A stretch of 64,000 bases of DNA from a virus: IMG/VR virus record IMGVR_UViG_3300034062_003964, positions 57,468-121,467 of that record. One strand, given 5' to 3'. How positions within the stretch are numbered: the first letter of the stretch is position 1; each line of letters starts with the position of its first letter. Shown one piece after another: positions 57,201 to 64,000 of this stretch. The position numbers and the translations under genes were made by a program. The notes under the pieces are model-generated. The model had not been told where the DNA came from and did not search any database. It saw only the letters and a list, made by a program, of their open reading frames with translations.

Positions 57201-60200
57201 GAACTTCCTGAAGAACCTGATGTCCCATTAGTTCCTGATGTGCCATTTATACCTGACGAACCTGAACTTCCATTTGTACCATTAGTACCCGAAGTTCCGT
57301 TAGTACCATTTGTACCTGATATACCTGACGACCCTGAATCTCCTTTCATACCTGAAGAACCAGAGCTACCGCTAGACCCTGACGTACCATTTGTTCCTGA
57401 TGTACCATTTGTCCCACTAGTACCACTTGAACCCGAACTACCACTACTTCCACTTGTACCGTTAGTACCTGATGTTCCATTCGTACCCGAAGTACCACTT
57501 GAACCTGAAGAACCGGATGTACCATTAGTACCTGATGTTCCGTTGGTACCGTTTGTCCCACTAGTACCATTTATTCCTGAAGAACCACTAGACCCTGATG
57601 TTCCACTAGAACCCGATGTTCCATTTGTTCCTGAAGTTCCGTTAGTGCCGCTAGTACCATTCGTTCCTGACGTTCCGTTTGTACCATTAGTCCCTGAAGT
57701 TCCATTTGTACCCGAGCTTCCACTTGTGCCGTTTGTTCCTGAAGAACCATTAGTCCCACTTGTTCCATTAGTTCCGTTGGTACCTGATGTTCCATTAGTA
57801 CCGTTTGTACCATTTCTACCACTTGAACCAGAAGTACCTGAACTTCCTGAAGAACCGCTTGAACCTGAAGACCCACTAGTTCCTGATGAACCATTTGTTC
57901 CTGAAGTACCATTAGTTCCCGATGTACCGTTTGTTCCTGAAGAACCTGAACTTCCACTTGAGCCTGATGTTCCATTAGTGCCGCTTGTACCATTTGTTCC
58001 TGAAGTCCCATTAGTACCACTTGTACCTGAAGAACCTGAACTACCACTAGTACCGTTTGTTCCTGACGTTCCGTTGGTGCCGCTCGTACCGTTTGTCCCA
58101 TTAGTTCCTGACGTTCCGTTTGTACCACTCGTACCGTTAGTACCTGATGTTCCATTTATTCCTGAAGAACCTGAACTACCACTTGAGCCGCTAGTTCCGT
58201 TTGTTCCCGACGTTCCATTAGAACCTGAAGAACCGCTAGTCCCTGATGTCCCACTTGAACCTGAAGAACCGCTAGTCCCTGAAGAACCTGAACTACCACT
58301 TGACCCTGAAGTTCCGTTAGTGCCGCTAGTTCCTGAACTACCAGAAGAACCACTTGTACCATTTGTACCGCTAGTCCCGTTGGTTCCATTTATACCACTT
58401 GAACCTGAAGTACCGTTTGTTCCGCTAGTTCCGTTAGTTCCTGAGGTTCCATTTGTTCCTGAAGTCCCGCTAGAACCACTACTTCCGCTAGTACCATTAG
58501 TCCCCGATGTTCCGTTAGTACCTGAAGTTCCATTCGTACCGTTTGTACCATTTATCCCTGAAGAGCCACTAGACCCTGATGTTCCATTTGTTCCCGAAGT
58601 TCCATTAGTTCCGTTTGTTCCTGATGTTCCATTAGTACCCGAAGTACCGTTAGTTCCTGAGGTTCCATTTGTACCATTTGTTCCACTTGTTCCGTTAGTA
58701 CCATTTGTTCCGTTTCTACCTGAAGAACCACTTGTTCCACTTGAACCTGATGAGCCAGAAGTACCACTACTTCCTGAAGAACCTGACGTGCCGCTACTTC
58801 CTGAAGAACCACTAGTACCATTAGTTCCTGACGTTCCGTTTGTACCACTCGTACCGTTAGTACCTGAAGTACCACTTGAGCCTGATGTTCCGTTTGTTCC
58901 ACTTGTACCATTAGTACCATTAGTACCACTTGTTCCGTTACTACCGCTTGAACCCGATGTTCCACTGCTCCCTGAAGAACCATTAGACCCCGATGTCCCA
59001 CTACTACCGCTTGAACCTGATGTACCGTTTGTTCCACTCGTACCCGAAGCACCACTTACTCCACTTGTTCCACTTGAACCTGATGTTCCCGATGACCCCG
59101 AACTGCCGCTAGACCCTGAAGTTCCATTAGTACCGTTAGTGCCGCTAGTACCACTAGACCCCGAAGTTCCATTTGTTCCTGAAGTCCCATTAGTACCATT
59201 TGTTCCTGAAGTTCCGTTAGTTCCTGAAGTACCGTTTGTTCCACTTGAACCTGACGAACCACTACTTCCGCTAGTACCATTTGTACCTGATGTTCCGTTA
59301 GTTCCTGAAGTCCCATTTGTTCCGCTAGTCCCTGAAGAGCCAGATGAACCTGAAGTTCCGTTGGTTCCAGATGTCCCGTTTGTTCCGCTACTACCCGAAG
59401 TTCCATTTGTACCCGAAGTTCCATTTGTACCCGAAGTTCCATTTGTCCCATTGGTTCCGTTTCTACCTGATGAACCCGAAGTTCCAGAAGAACCCGATGA
59501 ACCACTAGACCCTGAACTACCACTAGTGCCTGATGAACCACTTGTTCCCGAACTCCCTGATGAACCACTTGTTCCACTTGAACCTGAACTACCACTAGAC
59601 CCCGAAGTTCCGTTAGTCCCACTCGTTCCATTAGTACCTGAAGTACCTGAACTACCGCTAGACCCTGATGTTCCATTTGTTCCGCTAGTCCCTGAAGAAC
59701 CATTTGTTCCGCTAGTGCCCGAAGAACCAGATGAACCTGAAGTGCCGTTCGTTCCAGATGTCCCGTTTGTTCCACTTGTACCGTTAGTACCTGATGTCCC
59801 GTTTGTGCCCGATGTTCCATTTGTACCACTTGAACCTGAAGTACCGTTCGTTCCACTAGTACCATTTGTTCCTGAAGTACCATTGGTACCTGAACTTCCT
59901 GAAGAACCACTTGTACCATTAGTTCCTGAACTTCCTGAAGAGCCACTAGTACCATTGGTACCTGATGTCCCGTTTGTCCCTGAAGTGCCGTTTGTGCCGC
60001 TACTACCCGAAGTCCCATTAGTACCTGATGTTCCGTTAGTCCCATTAGTACCTGATGTTCCGTTTGTTCCTGAAGTTCCATTCGTTCCATTTCTACCTGA
60101 TGAACCTGATGAGCCACTTGTACCTGAAGAACCACTAGACCCTGACGAACCTGATGTTCCACTTGAACCCGAAGAACCTGACGTACCACTACTTCCTGAA

Positions 60201-63200
60201 GAGCCACTAGACCCTGAACTACCACTAGTACCTGATGAACCGTTAGTTCCTGAAGTACCACTAGACCCCGACGTACCATTTGTTCCACTAGTACCGTTTG
60301 TCCCCGACGTACCACTTGAACCTGAACTACCTGAAGAGCCCGATGTGCCGTTTGTTCCTGACGTACCATTAGTTCCTGAAGACCCACTTGAACCTGATGT
60401 TCCATTAGTACCTGAAGACCCACTAGACCCTGATGTGCCATTTGTTCCTGATGTTCCACTTGAACCTGAGCTTCCTGATGTGCCGTTTGTTCCACTAGTA
60501 CCATTTGTTCCGCTAGTACCACTTGAACCACTACTTCCGCTAGTACCATTAGTCCCCGATGTTCCGTTAGTACCACTCGTACCATTTGTTCCTGAAGTTC
60601 CGTTAGTTCCACTTGAACCTGACGAACCACTACTTCCACTAGTGCCGTTTGTTCCTGAAGTTCCATTAGTTCCACTAGTACCACTTGAACCCGATGAACC
60701 ACTACTTCCGCTAGTACCATTTGTACCTGAACTTCCTGATGAACCACTAGTACCATTTGTACCACTTGTACCGCTTGAACCTGATGAACCACTTGTTCCT
60801 GAACTACCACTTGAACCACTTGTTCCACTTGAACCATTTGTTCCGTTAGTCCCTGAAGTCCCCGAACTTCCTGATGAACCGCTAGTACCATTTGTTCCTG
60901 ATGTTCCATTTACACCTGAAAGACCACTAGTTCCTGAAGAACCACTTGACCCTGATGTTCCGTTTGTTCCGTTAGTACCATTAGTTCCATTTCTACCTGA
61001 TGAACCGCTTGTTCCCGAACTTCCACTTGAGCCGGACGTACCGTTAGTACCACTAGTACCTGAGCTCCCCGATGAACCGCTAGAGCCTGATGTTCCATTT
61101 GTACCTGAAGTCCCGTTAGTACCTGATAACCCACTACTCCCACTTGAGCCCGATGTTCCATTTGTTCCGCTAGTACCATTAGTTCCTGACGAGCCGTTTG
61201 AACCTGAACTTCCTGAAGAACCTGACGTTCCGTTTGTTCCTGATGTACCATTAGTACCGCTAGTTCCTGATGAACCGCTTGAACCCGAAGACCCACTTGT
61301 CCCTGATGAACCGCTCGTACCGTTTGTTCCTGAGGAACCTGAACTACCCGATGTACCGTTCGTTCCAGATGTACCTGAACTACCTGAAGAACCACTAGAC
61401 CCTGATGTTCCATTTGTTCCGCTTGTTCCATTCGTACCCGAAGTCCCGTTAGTTCCATTTATTCCTGAAGAGCCGCTAGACCCTGATGTTCCGTTTGTTC
61501 CGTTAGTTCCTGAAGTACCATTAGTTCCGCTCGTACCATTTGTACCTGAAGAACCACTTGAGCCAGATGTTCCGTTTGTTCCTGAAGTTCCGTTTGTTCC
61601 TGAAGTTCCGTTAGTCCCACTAGTACCGCTTGAGCCTGATGAACCACTACTTCCACTAGTACCATTTGTACCTGAACTACCACTAGACCCTGAAGACCCA
61701 CTTGTTCCTGAACTACCGTTTGTACCGGATGTTCCACTTGAACCTGAGCTTCCTGATGTACCGTTTGTTCCACTAGTACCATTTGTTCCTGATGTCCCAT
61801 TAGTTCCGCTTGAACCTGAGCTACCGCTACTTCCTGAAGAACCACTAGTTCCATTTGTCCCCGAAGTCCCGTTAGTACCTGATGTTCCATTTGTTCCGCT
61901 AGTCCCTGAAGAGCCAGATGAACCTGAAGTACCGTTGGTTCCAGATGTTCCGTTTGTACCATTAGTCCCCGATGTTCCATTAGTTCCGCTAGTTCCTGAC
62001 GAACCATTTGAACCTGAGCTTCCCGATGTTCCATTAGTTCCGCTAGTTCCTGACGAACCATTTGAACCTGAGCTTCCTGATGTTCCATTTGTGCCGCTAG
62101 TCCCTGACGAACCATTTGAACCTGAGCTTCCTGATGTTCCATTTGTGCCGCTAGTCCCTGACGAACCATTTGAACCTGAGCTTCCTGATGTTCCATTTGT
62201 GCCGCTAGTCCCATTTGTTCCGTTAGTACCTGAAGTCCCGTTAGTACCTGATGACCCACTACTCCCACTTGAGCCCGATGTTCCATTTGTTCCGTTTGAA
62301 CCCGAGATACCCGAAGACCCTGATGTACCATTCGTTCCACTTGAGCCTGAAGACCCACTTGTCCCTGATGAACCGCTCGTACCGCTACTACCACTAGACC
62401 CTGAAGAACCTGATGTTCCTGAGCTTCCGCTAGTTCCATTTGTTCCTGACGTTCCGTTAGTACCATTTGTTCCACTAGTTCCTGACGAACCACTCGACCC
62501 TGAACTTCCTGAAGTACCATTTGTTCCGCTAGTTCCGTTAGTACCTGATGTTCCGTTGGAACCTGAAGACCCACTTGTCCCGTTAGTACCTGAAGTACCA
62601 TTTGTTCCACTAGTACCGCTTGAACCTGAAGTTCCATTTGTACCGTTAGTACCTGATGTTCCGTTGGAACCTGAAGACCCACTTGTCCCGTTAGTACCAT
62701 TTGTTCCGCTTGAGCCTGAGCTTCCTGATGACCCATTTGTACCCGATGTTCCGTTAGTGCCGCTAGACCCTGATGAACCACTTGTTCCATTAGTCCCTGA
62801 TGTGCCGTTTGTACCAGATGTTCCTGAGGAGCCTGAACTACCCGATGTTCCGTTAGTTCCTGAAGTACCGTTCGTTCCAGATGTGCCTGAACTACCTGAA
62901 GAACCACTAGACCCTGATGTTCCGTTTGTTCCATTAGTACCTGAAGTACCATTTGTACCTGAAGAACCACTTGAGCCAGATGTTCCGTTTGTTCCTGAAG
63001 TTCCGTTAGTTCCTGATGTTCCGTTACTTCCACTTGAACCGCTAGTACCATTAGTACCTGAAGTACCATTTGTACCACTAGTCCCGTTTGTTCCTGAAGT
63101 CCCCGAACTTCCAGAAGAACCACTTGTACCACTTGAGCCTGAAGTACCTGATGAACCATTCGTACCTGAAGTCCCGTTTGTTCCGGATGTACCATTTACA

Positions 63201-64000
63201 CCTGATGAACCTGAAGTTCCGTTAGTACCATTAGTTCCTGATGTTCCATTACTTCCACTTGAACCGCTAGTACCATTAGTTCCTGACGTTCCATTTGTTC
63301 CGCTCGTTCCACTTGAACCTGAAGTTCCATTTGTACCGTTAGTGCCGCTAGTTCCGTTAGTTCCGTTCGTACCTGAGGTTCCATTAGTACCGTTCGTACC
63401 ATTAGTACCGCTAGTTCCTGAAGAACCACTTGTTCCATTAATTACACCTAACGTAGTTTGACCATATGAATAATGAGTTGTACCTTCGGTTACGAAAGTA
63501 ATTGTATGTGATTGATTTGAGGTATTTGTAGCTCGAACTTTAACAAATATCCTATCTGTTGTATTGATTGAAAATCCTCCTTGAAATCCATCAGATAATA
63601 CCATTGATGGGTTTGGTGAATTTGTTGTTACAGGTGCTGGGTCTGTTGAAAATAATAAAGTTTCAGTCCCACCTGTTGTTCTTGAATAAACTTCACAGAA
63701 TATATCAAAACTTGCATTATTGTTTTCTTTATACGCGTGTAAGAAGAAAGACCAAATTCCCGCAGGTATGGTTGATACATTCGGATAAGTTGAGGGTGTT
63801 AAATATGATTGAATAGTTGATGTTACACCATTCGCAATAGTAACCGTAACTGTTTGTTGCGACCCTGATGTCGGTATTGGTGAAAATTCTTTATAAGGGG
63901 TTTGTGTTACTGATTCGTTAAAGAAATAAACAGCACCACCTGAAATACCATTAACACCGCTAGTACCGTTCGTACCATTAGTTCCCGATGTTCCATTAGT
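54209..64000 (-). CDS. Giant Gly-X-Y (GTS/GTN/GSS) repeat fibre protein, 5' partial (>3260 aa)
   Basis: Frame stays open from 63604 to 64000 (another globular segment, then more GTN/GTS repeats); non-repetitive beta-rich C-terminal region typical of fibre tips. Confidence 0.85.
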   Translation of the reverse strand, partial: TNGTSGTNGTNGTSGVNGISGGAVYFFNESVTQTPYKEFSPIPTSGSQQTVTVTIANGVTSTIQSYLTPSTYPNVSTIPAGIWSFFLHAYKENNNASFDIFCEVYSRTTGGTETLLFSTDPAPVTTNSPNPSMVLSDGFQGGFSINTTDRIFVKVRATNTSNQSHTITFVTEGTTHYSYGQTTLGVINGTSGSSGTSGTNGTNGTNGTSGTNGTNGTSGTNGTNGTSGSSGTSGTNGTSGTNGTSGSSGSNGTSGTNGTNGTSGSSGVNGTSGTNGTSGTNGSSGTSGSSGTSGSSGSSGTSGTNGTSGTNGTSGTNGTSGSSGSNGTSGTNGTSGTNGTSGSSGSSGTNGTSGTNGTNGTSGSSGSSGSSGTSGTNGTSGTNGTSGSSGSSGTSGTNGTSGTNGTSGSSGSSGTNGTSGTNGSSGSSGSSGTNGTNGTSGSSGSNGTSGTNGTNGTSGSSGTSGTNGTSGTNGTSGSSGSNGTSGTNGTSGTNGTSGSSGSSGSSGTSGTNGTNGTSGTNGTSGSSGTSGSSGSSGSSGTSGSSGTSGSSGSSGTNGTSGSSGISGSNGTNGTSGSSGSSGSSGTNGTSGTNGTNGTSGTNGTSGSSGSNGSSGTSGTNGTSGSSGSNGSSGTSGTNGTSGSSGSNGSSGTSGTNGTSGSSGSNGSSGTSGTNGTSGTNGTNGTSGTNGTSGSSGSSGTSGTNGTSGTNGTSGTNGTSGSSGSSGSSGSSGTNGTSGTNGTSGTNGTSGSSGSSGTSGTNGSSGTSGSSGSSGSSGTNGTSGSSGSSGSSGTSGTNGTSGTNGTSGTNGTSGSSGSSGTNGTSGTNGTSGTNGTNGTSGSSGSSGINGTNGTSGTNGTSGTNGTSGSSGSSGSSGTSGTNGTSGSSGSSGTNGTSGSSGTSGSSGSSGSSGTSGTNGTSGTNGTSGSSGSSGSNGSSGTNGTSGTNGTSGSSGSSGLSGTNGTSGTNGTSGSSGSSGSSGTSGTNGTSGSSGSSGTSGSSGRNGTNGTNGTNGTSGSSGSSGTSGLSGVNGTSGTNGTSGSSGSSGTSGTNGTNGSSGTSGSSGSSGTSGSSGSSGTSGTNGTSGSSGSSGTNGTSGSSGSSGSSGTSGTNGTSGTNGTSGSSGSSGSSGTNGTSGTNGTSGTNGTSGTNGTSGSSGSSGTSGTNGTSGTNGTSGSSGSSGTSGTNGTSGSSGSSGTNGTSGSSGSSGTNGTSGTNGTSGSSGSSGSSGTSGTNGTSGTNGTSGSSGTSGTNGSSGTSGSSGSSGSSGSSGTSGSSGSSGTSGSSGSSGSSGTSGSSGSSGRNGTNGTSGTNGTSGTNGTNGTSGTNGTSGSSGTNGTSGTNGTSGTNGTSGSSGSSGTNGTSGSSGSSGTNGTSGTNGTSGTNGTSGSSGTNGTSGTNGTSGTNGTSGTNGTSGTNGTSGSSGSSGTSGTNGSSGTSGTNGTSGSSGSSGTSGTNGTSGTNGTSGSSGSSGSSGTSGSSGSSGTSGSSGTSGSSGSSGSSGSSGTSGSSGRNGTNGTNGTSGTNGTSGTNGTSGSSGTNGTSGTNGTSGSSGSSGTSGTNGTSGTNGTSGTNGTSGSSGSSGSSGTNGTSGTNGTSGTNGTNGTSGTNGTSGSSGTSGTNGTNGTSGSSGSSGSSGTSGSSGTSGVSGASGTSGTNGTSGSSGSSGTSGSNGSSGSSGTSGSSGSNGTSGTNGTNGTSGTNGTSGSSGTSGTNGTSGTNGTSGTNGTSGSSGSSGTSGSSGSSGTSGSSGSSGTSGSSGRNGTNGTNGTSGTNGTNGTSGTNGTSGTNGTSGTNGTNGTSGTNGTSGSSGSSGINGTNGTNGTSGTNGTSGTNGTSGSSGSSGTSGTNGTSGTNGTSGTNGTSGSSGINGTNGTSGTNGTSGSSGSSGTSGTNGTSGSSGSSGSSGTSGSSGSSGTSGTSGSSGSNGTSGTNGTSGSSGSSGSSGINGTSGTNGTSGTNGTSGTNGTNGTSGTNGTSGTNGTSGSSGSSGTSGTNGTSGTNGTSGTNGTSGSSGSSGSSGTNGTSGTNGTSGTNGSSGTSGSSGSSGSSGSSGTSGSSGRNGTNGTNGTSGTNGTNGTSGTNGSSGTNGTSGSSGTNGTSGTNGTNGTSGTNGTSGTNGTSGTNGTSGSSGTSGSSGSSGINGTSGTNGTNGTSGTNGTSGSSGSSGTSGTNGTSGTNGTSGSSGSSGSSGTSGTNGTSGTNGTSGSSGSSGSSGMKGDSGSSGISGTNGTNGTSGTNGTNGSSGSSGINGTSGTNGTSGSSGSSGTSGSSGSSGTSGSSGSSGRNGTNGTNGTNGTSGTNGTSGTNGTSGTNGTSGSSGSSGLNGANGTNGTNGTSGSSGLNGANGTNGTNGTSGSSGSSGSSGTSGSSGTSGSSGRNGTNGTNGTNGTSGSSGLNGANGTNGTNGTSGSSGSNGTSGSSGLNGANGTNGTNGTNGTNGTSGSSGSSGLNGANGTNGTNGTSGSNGSSGTSGSSGSSGTSGSSGSSGINGTSGSSGSSGINGTNGSSGTSGSSGSSGTSGSSGSSGTSGSSGSSGISGTSGSSGSSGTSGSSGSSGRNGTNGTNGSSGTNGTNGSSGTSGSSGLNGTNGTNGSSGTSGSSGSSGTSGSSGTSGSSGSSGSSGSAGTSGSSGSSGTSGSSGSAGTSGSSGLNGTNGTNGTNGTSGSSGSNGTSGSSGLNGANGTNGTNGTSGSSGSNGTSGSSGLNGTNGTNGTSGSSGSNGTSGSSGLNGANGTNGTNGTSGSSGSNGTSGSSGLNGGSGTDGNDGSNSGRWNYRKSLAGFPGYFDTNSSTISSITSIDINNLDINSTSYNTWFSGIDTIQALGNPVYLQITKVGSNNIIGIWTVSNITFSSPVYTFTVSNVVGNGSLANDNTYTISWVYNGLNGSSGTSGSSGSSGSNGSSGSSGSSGSSGLNGRDGSSGTSGTNGTSGTNGTSGSSGLSMVINNNQNNYIVTATGTANTIQGEIGAQFDGVTMTLTKDSPFPNMSLSDTVGGTQDPFMRFIPSTAANSFALGVDNTNQAFTISYGASAVLGTNNRFSIFSAGDAAITNFLQINSAGAPTYPLDVTSGARVTNAIAARIDNNNDEGVLFYPYVGASGGNNNSVLGDTAMVSSAGENLIVGAGGQNAGLRFAGGTTTTVGNLHVIGSSQTLGYSTGAGGSVSQTGTKATGVTLNRPTGIITMTGATLNANTTVSFTLTNSVISATDIVVLQHTSVGSSASYNLNAFPGAGSAVISVRNVTAGNLSEAIVIRFAVIESVST
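55689..63436 (-). repeat. About 860 consecutive Gly-X-Y codon triplets (9-nt period, synonymously diversified)
   Basis: Translation is G-[TS]-[SN] almost throughout; count estimated as span/9. Confidence 0.9.

Noticed and set aside
55689-63436. Possible CRISPR array or satellite
   Set aside because: No constant repeat with unique spacers; variation is at synonymous positions of a coding triplet repeat.
56041-63438. Series of minus-strand Val/Gln/Leu/Glu ORFs in an alternative frame
   Set aside because: Frame-shifted readings of the same 9-nt repeat, with no independent start signals.
56412-63461. 2349-aa plus-strand Pro/Val/Glu/Leu ORF
   Set aside because: Antisense shadow of the Gly-X-Y gene. 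Gly codons give CCN, and antisense stops in this frame would need Tyr/His/Gln codons, which the repeat lacks.

Overview
AT-rich segment of a large T4-like tailed phage (standard genetic code), very probably infecting Bacteroidota. Host evidence: TTTG-N19/20-TAnnTTTG promoters, a Bacteroidota-type bS21 and a DUF4494-like gene. Layout: (1) 1-16.8 kb, a sugar-nucleotide/glycosyltransferase cluster (GT11-GT10 fusion, Cst-II/Maf-like transferase, NeuA/NeuB, GmhA, Gmd-ColD-ColC/Fcl, PhoH, GT4, GT2). (2) 16.8-37 kb, a gp55-like late sigma factor, baseplate spike, major capsid, scaffold, prohead protease, ribosomal protein bS21, portal and large terminase. (3) 37-45 kb, a nucleotidyltransferase, KTSC, a tandem-UVR protein divergent from an N-domain-less ClpC, a peptidase and a tmRNA with an unusual 21-aa tag. 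(4) 45-64 kb, PA14/LamG lectin proteins, a GT9-like enzyme, a 1527-aa five-domain glycosyltransferase with an AAH/TibC-type protein O-heptosyltransferase domain, and a convergent >3200-aa Gly-(Thr/Ser)-(Ser/Asn) repeat fibre protein that runs off the window end. Best candidate new systems: a phage-encoded protein-glycosylation assembly line acting on the giant Gly-X-Y fibre; a tmRNA/ClpC/UVR/peptidase proteostasis module; and a TATTTAT(A/C) late-promoter motif paired with the gp55-like sigma. All family calls come from motif recognition by eye, not database searches.
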